Shown piece by piece: positions 1-8,797 of a DNA stretch of 14,325 nt (its first letter is position 1; each line of letters begins with the position of its first letter). A model generated the notes under the pieces. It searched no databases. It had not been told where the DNA came from and saw only the letters and a program-made list of their open reading frames with translations. Made by a program: the position numbers and the translations under genes. Source of the stretch: Octopus sinensis. Its lineage: Eukaryota. The stretch is from contig NW_021826642.1 in assembly GCF_006345805.1 (NCBI RefSeq), forward strand, positions 1 through 14,325, given 5' to 3'.

Positions 1-153
1 TTGAAAAACAATTTAACTTTAAGTTGAAAAGTCGAAGACTGACACCGGTAATAAAACGTTCTTTATGATAAAATTATTTTAGCATTTCTACTTGTCCTAC
101 TTTCCTTATATTATATATATATCAACTCGTGTGTTACTTTTCAACATCTACTC

Positions 154-164
154 TATATATATAT

Positions 165-196
<32 letters not shown>
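154..196. repeat. (TA)n microsatellite
   Basis: Near-perfect TA run abutting the 3' end of SINE A1. Confidence 0.95.
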
Positions 197-197
<1 letters not shown>

Positions 198-501
198 CAC
201 GTGATCACGTGACCGACCAGACCATCAGATTGTTACACATCGCTGGTCACAATGCGCTTCGCATTGTTTAGCCTTCGAATGACGCCACCACCGCTGGCTA
301 AGCGAGCAGGCCAACAGAAGAAAGAGTGGGAGAAAGAGTGGTGAAAGAGTACAACAGGGATCACCACACCCTGCCGGAGACTCGTGGAGCTTTTTTAGGT
401 GTTTTCGCTCAATAAACATTCACAACGCCTGGTCTGGGGATCGAAACTGCGATCCTACGACCGCGAGTCCGCTGCCCTAACCACTAGGCCATTGCGCCTC
501 C
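197..501 (-). mobile_element. tRNA-derived SINE, family A, copy A1 (tail type ending ...GGTCACGTGATCACGTGA)
   Basis: Minus strand starts GGAGGCGCAATGGCCTAGTGGTTAGGGCAGCGGACTCGCGG. A-box TGGCCTAGTGG (481-491), B-box-like GTTTCGATCC (438-447). Head and body align by eye to 2930-3116 and 13690-13870. Confidence 0.85.
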
Positions 502-738
502 ATATATATATGTATATATATATGCTCTTAGTTTTTTCATTGGCGCTGGCCAGATTGGAGCAATCTCCAGCTGAAATTGCAAAGATAATCTGGAGCTCGA
601 CTGAAGAAAGAAAACTCCGAATGACCCATCCTTGTTTCCTTTGTATCGTCTATCTGGATGTTTTGTTGTCCCTTTTTGTATCATCTAACTGCCTGGATGT
701 TTTGCATTCTTGTCCCATTTTGTATTACATATATATAT

Positions 739-978
739 ATAGGTAAAGACGTCACTAAGTCAGCACCAGTATTGCGCTAGAAATAAGAGTCAGAACAACT
801 CTTAACCACGGGGGAAGCACTTATCAATGACTAACAAGAGCTTGCCGTAAGGGGCGTGTCTACCTTGTTAGTCATTAGATAAGTGCTTCTTCGTGGCTAA
901 GAGTTCTTCTGACTCTTATGTCGAGCAATGATTGTGCTGCCTAACACCCTTAGTCATCTTAGTGACGTCTATACTTAT
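739..978. mobile_element. Foldback / MITE-like long inverted repeat (arms about 100 bp, 25-nt loop)
   Basis: AGACGTCACTAAG (747-759) pairs with CTTAGTGACGTCT (958-970); ATAAGAGTCAGAA pairs with TTCTGACTCTTAT; GAAGCACTTATC pairs with GATAAGTGCTTC; AATGACTAACAAG (826-838) pairs with CTTGTTAGTCATT (864-876). The inverted repeat is certain; the MITE identity is inferred. Confidence 0.75.
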
Positions 979-1159
979 GCCTTTTGGTTGTAAATTGCGA
1001 ATAAGCCACACATTTACACACATACCTCCTTTTCTTGCACTCTCCTGTCTTAGAAAGAACTTTTTCTTTCTATTCCCTTCCGGTCATTTCAACATGTGAC
1101 CGCGTGTGTTTCGTTCGCAATTTCCTTTCTCCGTCTTCCTTTTTTTGGACTTTTTCTAT

Positions 1160-1194
1160 ATTTCTGATGTAGAGCTCCGCTCAGAACGTGAAAT
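1160..1194 (+). other. Decayed minimal type I hammerhead ribozyme motif (Penelope-like terminal repeat type)
   Basis: ATTT-CTGATGTA-GAGC tcc GCTC-AGAAC-GTG-AAAT. Stem I (ATTT/AAAT) and stem II (GAGC/GCTC) pair. The core is mutated relative to CUGANGA...GAAA-NUH. Confidence 0.5.
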
Positions 1195-1296
1195 CTTCTT
1201 TCTTTTCTTTCCTTTCCTGAGCGTCCAATAACACAGTACTTGTTCCACGTCCTCGCGTTGTTTTTTTCCATTTTCTTGCTCGTTCTTCTTTGGATT

Positions 1297-1299
<3 letters not shown>

Positions 1300-1343
<44 letters not shown>
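1300..1343. repeat. (TA)n(CA)n microsatellite
   Basis: Direct inspection. Confidence 0.95.
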
Positions 1344-1703
1344 ATTTGAGGATGCAATATCCACGTAAGGGATTATTAAAAACAATCATGATGCCAACTG
1401 GATTTAACCAAATATATTGATAGGAAGATCATCAACATATATGTGTATAAACTGTGTCGTATATGTATATATATATATATATAATATATATACACGCGCA
1501 CACACACATATATATGCATTGCCTGACTGAAGATTAGAGGCTTGCCTGTTGTATAGGTTATAATAATTTTTTAATTTAATTTTAGTTATTTTCTTCTATT
1601 TTCGTTAATGTTTTGTTTTGTTTGGTATCACATAGGTAAAAATAAATGGCGCACACTTCACAACTCATTCTAAACCGTTTAACATTATAGTTAATTACAA
1701 TGG

Positions 1704-1740
1704 TGAGTCAGACTGCGATTGGTTAAGTGAAAATGGCGGC
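1704..1740 (+). promoter_or_regulatory. Cluster of AP-1-, NF-Y(CCAAT)- and YY1-consensus motifs
   Basis: TGAGTCA (1704-1710), CGATTGGTT (1716-1724, reverse CCAAT box), AAAATGGCGGC (1730-1740), all in non-repetitive sequence. Motif match only. Confidence 0.3.
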
Positions 1741-2056
1741 AAGACTGAATTAGCAAATGTAGCTTCTCGCTGAAAGTGTAGATGTGATTTGATAGAGTAA
1801 TAATTATTAAGTTGCACTGACATTTCAGTTAATTACGACTATCTCTTCTTGAATAAACAAAAAGCGATGATCTGAGTGTTTAAGTGAATGAAAATATTAA
1901 AATTTGGTTAAGAACTTAGTTTAGTTAACGTTCAGTAGAACAATAATTATTGCTTTAGCTCCGTATCTCTGATAACTTAAACACCTGTTACTTCTGTCTG
2001 TGAATAGCATTCTTGATGCAAACACACGTTCTGGAATCTTTAAATATTTCTTTAAG

Positions 2057-2151
2057 TTTGCTGCCAACCACAACCAGAACGACAACAACAACAACAGCAG
2101 CCAGCAGCCGATCGCGCTGATGTTGCTCTATGATTCTACAACCGCTCACAG
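2057..2151 (+). other. Candidate 95-nt internal exon
   Basis: Flanked by TTTCTTTAAG| and CAG|GTAGGC. GC-richer than its flanks. One frame is open (FAANHNQNDNNNNSSQQPIALMLLYDSTTAH). No homology recognised. Confidence 0.2.
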
Positions 2152-2570
2152 GTAGGCTATAATTTTATAAGAGAGCAGCAAAGCAGAAACAAACGTAATT
2201 TTGTAGTGGTCTGCTTCAGTGAAGAATATATACAAAAAAGTCCTCAGCATCTATTTAAGTTAGATTTTTGTGAAGAGGAAAGAATTGATATTTCAACCAG
2301 AAGTCCTCAGGATTAAATGTAAAGTTCTGACTGAAGCGTTAGATTTCTTTTTTTCTTTTTCACGCAACAAACTGTCTTATATTATTTTGTGAACCTTGGT
2401 ACCAGTGTCTCTTTAAATAAGCACAACATGAGTTCTTTAATCAAAGAGAAAGGAAATTAAAAGCATGATACTCATACCTATTTGAAAGGCATTAGTAGAG
2501 TAAATGAAAAAGAATATAGTCAACTAGAGACTGTAACCATAACGATTTGACTGTTGTTTATCTCATTATC

Positions 2571-2763
2571 TAGCACGCCGGACAAAATGCTAAACGGCAT
2601 TTCGTCCGTCTTTACGTTCTGACTTCAAGTTCTGCTGAGTTCGACTTTTTCTTTGGTCTTTTCGGGATCGATGAAATAAGTATCAATTGAGTTCTGTGTT
2701 TAATGCAACCGACTTGCTCCCTCTCCCAAAATTTCGGGCCTTGTACAGATAGTAAAAAGAATA
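2571..2763 (+). mobile_element. SINE family B, diverged copy (B1)
   Basis: TAGCACGCCGG..AAATGC..GGCATTTCGTCCGTCTTTACGTTCTGACTTCAA..TTTCGGGATCGAT..CCCAAAATTTCGGGCCTTGT is colinear with the reverse complement of 8984-9380. Confidence 0.75.
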
Positions 2764-2807
2764 CAAGTCCTGATAGAGCTGATCAATAAGCATCTCATCT
2801 TTCATGG

Positions 2808-3116
2808 TTTTTTTATGCGCCCTTTTCAAGCCTATCCAGGCTATGGGCTCGGTTTCCCGGTTTCTGTAGCATATGTGTTTCCCCCAGCTGGACGGGACGC
2901 CAGTCAATCGCAGCGTTACTCAAGGAACAGGAAGAGAGAGTGGGAGAAATTTGGGGCGAAAGAGTACAACAGGGGTCGCCACCACCCCCTGTCGGAGCTT
3001 CGCGGAGCTTTAGGTGTTTTCGCTCAATAAACACACACAACGCCCGTTCTGGGAATCGAAGCCGCGATCCTCCGACCGCGAGTCCGCTGCCCTAACCACT
3101 GGGCCATTGCGCCTCC
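2808..3116 (-). mobile_element. tRNA-derived SINE, family A, copy A2 (tail with V-domain-like segment and short A tail)
   Basis: A-box at 3096-3106 and B-box-like GGCTTCGATTCCC at 3051-3063. Body shared with A1. The tail contains CTGCGATTGACTGGCGTCCCGTCCAG (2888-2913) and GCTACAGAAACCGGGAAACCG. Confidence 0.85.
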
Positions 3117-3302
3117 TTCTTTCATATATCTAGCACAATATCTTCCAGTGTGTCTTTCCTAGTGCAATTTAAGAAAAGTAATGCTTCTGTTTCTAGCGTT
3201 TGTCGTCGTCGATTTAAAGATCAATAAACATTCATATAAAATGTTCTACCTCTCTTTGAAGTCAATATATTTCATAAAGCGTATATGCTGTTAACGTTCC
3301 TG

Positions 3303-3524
3303 CTGCCCGGTGAGATTTGAACTGAGATCATAAAGACACGAAGCTAAGTACCGCCAGAAATTTTGTTCAATGTTTTCAAAGATTCTGTCAATCCAGTCTT
3401 CTCAAACAAATAATTATTATTTCTAACATTGGCTCAATGCTTCTAATGTTGGCATAAGGGGAATGCGGTCAAGTATATCAACTTCTAATACTTGACTACT
3501 TTTTTTATCATTTCGATCCCGAAA
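3303..3524 (-). mobile_element. Two old family B fragments (head 3303-3400; tail/core 3411-3524)
   Basis: GATTTGAACTGAGATCATAAAGAC..TACCGCC..GATTCTGTCA resembles the B head. TTTCTAACATTGGCTCAATGC..CGATCCCGAAA resembles the B tail and core. Both are heavily diverged. Confidence 0.5.
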
Positions 3525-3729
3525 ACTAAAAAGAATAAGATAAAATATAATAAAATGTAAGTTAAAGTCGATGTTTGTTAGCTTTCATCTCAGGATATAA
3601 AGGGAGATAATAAGATTCTATAAACCATTTTCTCTTTTATTTATTCTTTTTTTTATATAATTCTCGTAGTTTTATGGTTCTATAACTATTTCTGTTTTTC
3701 TCTGTCTTCCTGAACCTACATCTCAATCC

Positions 3730-3929
3730 CTTAACCTTGTACATATTTCGACTAGTTCACGCTCTCTTTTCTTTCTTGTTCACCACATACTTCCACCCGC
3801 TGCCACCCGCTCTCATCCATACTTACCTCCCATACATTATAATTTACTCATACGCACCAAACATGCTCACTATCCACTACTCACTATCTACTACTTACAC
3901 GCCTTTACACCCCACTCGAAAAATCCCCC

Positions 3930-3968
<39 letters not shown>

Positions 3969-4192
3969 CTTATGTCCGCCTTATGCTCGCCTCAACACAC
4001 GCATGCACTCTTCTACGCACATGCACACCACCGCTTCTCCTCCCTTCTTGACTCACCCCACCGAATCTCCTTCCCGCCAGGCCCGTAAATCCTCTCTTTC
4101 TCTTCCTGTAACCAGTTTTTCTCTTTCCTTGTTCTCCTTTACATTTCATCTACACGCTTTTGATAAAGGATAACCACTCGAAACGTCAGAGA
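3730..4192 (+). mobile_element. Possible decayed Penelope-like 3' region: C/A-rich, G-poor tract ending in a hammerhead-like motif
   Basis: Strong strand asymmetry with a (CA)n run at about 3933-3961. Ends TTGATAA-A-GGATAACCACTC-GAAAC-GTC-AGAG (4160-4191). Confidence 0.3.
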
Positions 4193-4375
4193 CATGCTAA
4201 TACGGCATTCATTACTACTTTTCTCTCTTAGGCTGTTGTTCATGTTCATTATTTTTATATGTGTATTTATGTGTGTATGTGTATGTGCGTGCATGTGTGT
4301 ATAAATAAGAGTTGTCCATTATTGCAAACCCGTTACTTGGTTAGCATCGTATGCTACTAATGAATCACAATCTTT

Positions 4376-4468
4376 GACTGCAGTGCGGTTTGAACACGGA
4401 ACATAAACGAAAGAGAGGAAATACTGCACAAAAGCATTTTATTCGGTCTTCTACTGATTTTTTCCACC
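4376..4468 (-). mobile_element. Old family B head fragment
   Basis: GGTTTGAACACGGAACATAAACGA..GAAATACTGC..AAGCATTTTATTCGG resembles GAATTTGCACTCAGAACGTAACGACAGACGAAATACGGC..GCATTTCGCCCGG of 9297-9351. Confidence 0.45.
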
Positions 4469-4645
4469 AATGTTGTCCTTTTCTAATGTAAATACAAGCA
4501 CAAGCAAGTTTGGCTTAGATAACAACGATATAGCGTTAGTTTTTGTTTTAAGTTTTTAACGATGGGCAAAAATAAAATGGCTGACAGTTAAAGAAGATAA
4601 CCAACAAACATACGAAGAACAGTATAAAGAGATGTTATCCTTTAC

Positions 4646-4716
4646 ATGTATGTGTGTGTATGTATGTTTATGAGCATATTTATTCACACACACATACACG
4701 AATGTATATGTATGTG

Positions 4717-4758
<42 letters not shown>

Positions 4759-4862
4759 AATAAAAACAAACACCTACATACTAATATATATAAATGTATT
4801 TCTTTGTGTATTTTTAAACGTACGTTCATCCACACAGTTATGATCATACATACATATATGCA

Positions 4863-4896
<34 letters not shown>

Positions 4897-5073
4897 CATG
4901 CATGCATACATACATGTATATGTGCACGTATATGCGTTTCCGTATGTGTATGTTTATGTATTGTGTATTTATGTATATATATGACAATATTATCTGCGTA
5001 TATATATATATATGTATATTCGCATATATGCATATACACTTGTTTGTAGCTGTATATGTATGTATGTATATAT

Positions 5074-5126
<53 letters not shown>

Positions 5127-5378
5127 CATTCATATATACAAGAATACAAGAATGTATATATAGATATATATCCATATATTTATATATATGTATATATGTG
5201 TGTGTGCATGTGTGTATGTATGCATTATATACACGCACACATACATACACATACATTCTATTACAAGAATACATATTCATACATACTTACATACATACAT
5301 ACGCACACACACACACACACACGCACACATACATACATACATACATACATACATACATACATACATACATACATACAT
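4646..5378. repeat. Compound (TA)n/(CA)n/(ATAC)n/(GT)n microsatellite field
   Basis: Direct inspection. Source of the spurious YIYI/HTHT ORFs. Confidence 0.95.
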
Positions 5379-5534
5379 AGTAGTATGAGTGTTTGCATGG
5401 TGGGGGCGGCAGTGAAAGAAACCAACTAACGACTTAAAAGGAAAATTGAAAGTAGTAAGATAAGAGCAAATAAATAAATGAAAAGTAAAAGAAACGACAA
5501 AAAAATTAAGACGGATAGATTAAAGTGAAATGCG

Positions 5535-5559
5535 AAAGAAAGAAAGAAAAAAGAAGGAA

Positions 5560-5615
<56 letters not shown>
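5535..5615. repeat. (GAAA)n microsatellite
   Basis: Direct inspection. Confidence 0.95.
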
Positions 5616-5616
<1 letters not shown>

Positions 5617-5770
5617 TCAAGTAAAGGGGAAATAACCGTAGTCTTGTTTCTCTTTGTCGTTAAGTTTTAATATGATGAAAGTCTTGGAAAGTTTACAGAA
5701 TCAACATTTAATTACATTAAAAAATAATGATAAAGAAAGGTTAGGAAGAGAAGGCCGAAAGGAAGACGTT

Positions 5771-6126
5771 AATGATGATGATGATGATGATGATGATGAT
5801 GGTTATACTAATGATGATAATAATAATGAATGACAACGACGACTACGGTGAAATAACGTTAACAAAAACAGCCGCAATGTTGATGTTAATAATAATGAGG
5901 ATGAAGAAGAAGAAGGAGAAGAAGAAGGAGAAGAAGAAGGAGAAGAAGAAGAAGAAGAAGAAGAAGAAGAAGAAGAAGAAGAAGAACAACAACAACAACA
6001 ACAACAACAACAGAAGAAGAAAGAAGAAGAAGAAGAAGAAGAAGAAGAAGAAGAAGAAGAGAAGAAGAAGAAGAAGAAGAAGAAGAAGAAGAAGAAGAAG
6101 AAGAAGAAGAAGAAGAAGAAGAAGAA
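5771..6126. repeat. Compound trinucleotide microsatellite (GAT)n...(GAA)n(AAC)n(GAA)n
   Basis: Direct inspection. Confidence 0.95.
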
Positions 6127-6127
6127 T

Positions 6128-6306
6128 GGTTTCAAATTTTGGCACAGGGCCCGTAATATTTGAGGGAAGGGGAAATGAGATTATATTCACTACAGTGCTC
6201 AACTTGTACTTTACTCTTTGGGATTTGAGCTCAGATGATAAAGACGGTAGAAATGTCTCTAAGCATTTGTGTCCGGCGTGCTAAGAAATTTGTCAGCTCT
6301 ACACTT
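6128..6306 (-). mobile_element. SINE family B with an internal deletion of the core (B5)
   Basis: Tail GGTTTCAAATTTTGGCACAGGGCC and CAGTGCTCAACTTGTACTT join directly to GGATTTGAGCTCAGA..AAGCATTTGTGTCCGGCGTGCTAA. The ATCGACCCCGAAAGGATGAAAGGC segment is missing. Confidence 0.7.
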
Positions 6307-6308
6307 TT

Positions 6309-6325
6309 ATATAATAATAATAATA

Positions 6326-6356
<31 letters not shown>

Positions 6357-6480
6357 TAATAATATAATAATAATAATAATAATAAAATAATAATAATAAA
6401 ATAATAATAATAAAATATTAATAATATAATAATATTAATAATAATAATAATAATATAATAATAATAATAATAATAATAAG
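6309..6480. repeat. (AAT)n microsatellite
   Basis: Direct inspection. Confidence 0.95.
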
Positions 6481-6817
6481 AAGTTTGGGGGAGCATCATA
6501 GCCATGTGTTGAGAGGGATTCTTTGGAGTTTGAATAGTTCACCTCTGGAAACATGGGTGGTTCTTTCAACATCCTTAAACAACCCTATTCAGGGACCGTT
6601 TGAGCGGGATGGGCTACTCAACCTGAAGAAAATTCTAACTGGGCCCCACCTGCAAGGTCATGTGCTGTTTATCTTATATGAGATCACCATGTCGCGCACA
6701 TATGGTTGTGATGCATGTGCCTGGTGTACCTTATCAGACGGGTAGTCATGATGGTATATTGGGCTTCGTATATTTTACCCCAGTGTCACTTTGATGGCAT
6801 GAACTGCTCTCTCACTC
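6481..6817 (+). mobile_element. Element D copy D1: 5'-truncated 3' end of a non-LTR retroelement (Dong/R4-like or RTE-like, inferred)
   Basis: Shares the right end GCTCTCTCACTC-(AAT)n with D2 and D3 but has a different left end. Flanked by (AAT)n on both sides. No ORF. Confidence 0.7.
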
Positions 6818-6851
<34 letters not shown>

Positions 6852-6933
6852 TAATAATAATAATCATAATAATAATAATAACAACAACAACAACAACAAC
6901 AACAAAAACAACAACAATAATAATAGTAACAAC

Positions 6934-6966
<33 letters not shown>
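6818..6966. repeat. (AAT)n(AAC)n(AAT)n microsatellite
   Basis: Direct inspection. Forms the tail of D1 and the left flank of D2. Confidence 0.95.
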
Positions 6967-7493
6967 CTCATGGCTTCTGATCTTAACTGATTGGAAGTGT
7001 TATCATGTACGTTGTTTTGTCTTGGTATAAAAGATGGGCTACAGCAAATATTCTGCTCAATACCACAGATTTGCTTGTCAGTTGTTTGACCTTAACCAGT
7101 TGAGCATGTCTCTTAGTGGCTAAAGATATGTGCATCTCTGATCACGAGCAGAAGTAGTGGGGGAGCATCATAGCCATGTGTTGAGAGGGATTCTTTGGGG
7201 TTTGAATAGTTCACCTCTGGAAACATGGGTGGTTCTTTCAACATCCTTAACAACCCTTATTCAGGACCTTTTGAGCGGTTGGGCTACTCAACCTGAAGAA
7301 AATTCTAACTGGCCCCACCTGCAAGGTCATGTGCTGTTTTGTTATCTTGATATGAGATCACCATGTCGCGCACATATGGTTGTGATGCATGTGCCTGGTG
7401 TACCCTTATCAGACGGGTAGTCATGATGGGTATATTGGGCTTCGTATATTTTACCCCAGTGTCACTTTGATGGCATGCACTGCTCTCTCACTC
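6967..7493 (+). mobile_element. Element D copy D2
   Basis: 7157-7493 is nearly identical to D1 and the copy extends about 185 bp further 5'. (AAT)n tail. Confidence 0.75.
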
Positions 7494-7530
<37 letters not shown>

Positions 7531-7610
7531 TAATGATGATGATAATAATGATAATGGTGGTGGTGGTGGTGGTGGTGGTGGTGATGATGATGATGATGAT
7601 GATGGTGATG

Positions 7611-8145
7611 ATATGTCCTGATGCAGTACCAGCCAGTGACTCTCATGGGGTCTGATCTTAACCGATTGGAAATGCTATCATGTACATTGTTTTGTCTTGG
7701 TATAAAAGATGGGCTACAGCTAATATTCTGCTCAATACCACAGATTTGCTTGTCAGTTGTTTGACCTTAACCATTTGAGCATGTCCCTTAATGGCTGACA
7801 ATATGTGCATCTCTGATCGCAAGCAGAATTAGTAGGGGAGCCATCAGCCATATGTTGAGAGGAATTTTTTGGGATTCGGATAATTCAGCTCTGGAAACTT
7901 GGGAGTTTCGTTCAACTCCTTGAATAAACCTTATTCAGACACCTTTTGAGCGAGATAGGTTGCTCGACCTGAAGAAATTCAGGCCATGCACTGTTTATCT
8001 TGATATGAGATCACCATGTCGCGCACATATGGTTTGATGCATGTGCCTGGTGTACCCTTATCAGACGGGTAGTCATGATGGGTATATTGGGCTTCGTATA
8101 TTTTACCCCAGTGTTACTTTGATGGCATGCACTGCTCTCTCACTC
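7611..8145 (+). mobile_element. Element D copy D3 (chimera: D4-type 5' part, D2-type 3' part)
   Basis: Carries the D4/D5 deletion (GAAATTC-AGGCCATGCA) but the D2-type 3' end and an (AAT)n tail. Confidence 0.75.
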
Positions 8146-8259
8146 ATAATAATAATAATAATAATAAAATAATATAATATAATGATGTATGATAATAATG
8201 ATAATGGTGGGGTGGTGGTGGTGGTGGTGGTGATGATGATGATGATGATGATGGTGATG

Positions 8260-8797
8260 ATATGTCCTGATGCAGTACCAGCAGTGACTCTCATGGGGTC
8301 TGATCTTAACCGATTGGAAATGCTATCATGTACATTGTTTTGTCTTGGTATAAAAGATGGGCTACAGCTAATATTCTGCTCAATACCACAGATTTGCTTG
8401 TCAGTTGGTTGACCTTAACCATTTGAGCATGTCCCTTAATGGCTGACAATATGTGCATCTCTGATCGCAAGCAGAATTAGTAGGGGAGGATCATAGCCAT
8501 ATGTTGAGAGGAATTCTTTGGGATTCGGATAATTCAGCTCTGGAAACTTGGGAGTTTCGTTCAACGTCCTTGAATAAACCTTATTCAGACACCTTTTGAG
8601 CGAGATAGGTTACTCGACCTGAAGAAAATTCAGGCCATGCAGTGTTTATCTTGATATGAGATCACCATGCCGCACACATATAATTGTGATACATGTGCTT
8701 GGTGTACCCTTATCAGACGGGTTGTCATGATGGGTATACTGGGCTTCGTATATCTTAGCCCAGTATGACTTTGATGGCATACACTACTCTGTCGCAC
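8260..8797 (+). mobile_element. Element D copy D4 (diverged variant, (AAG)n tail)
   Basis: Colinear with D2 and D3. Ends CTACTCTGTCGCAC-(AAG)n. Confidence 0.75.

Noticed and set aside
425-501. tRNA gene calls at the SINE heads (also 3045-3116, 12945-13015, 13795-13870)
   Set aside because: A and B boxes are present but the anticodon and acceptor stems do not pair properly, and each continues into a SINE body.
601-625. CTGAAGA-A-AGAAAACTCC-GAAT as a third hammerhead relic, with a nearby CTGGATGTTTTG direct repeat (654-665, 693-704)
   Set aside because: Stem II is only 2 bp, GAAA is incomplete and there is no convincing stem I or NUH; too degenerate to call by eye.
3819-3830. ATACTTACCT (U1 5'-end-like; perfect minus-strand donor GAG/GTAAGT)
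   Set aside because: No further U1 sequence and no matching exon or acceptor; an isolated match is expected by chance.
4646-6284. Long ORFs (YIYI/HTHT, poly-K/R/S/L/F/M)
   Set aside because: They are translations of stop-free microsatellites with no complex sequence.
6485-7420. Repeated ORF MGEHHSHVLRGILW (6485-6745, 7157-7420)
   Set aside because: It begins with TTG or GTG and the frame is broken differently in each D copy, consistent with non-coding 3' UTR sequence.
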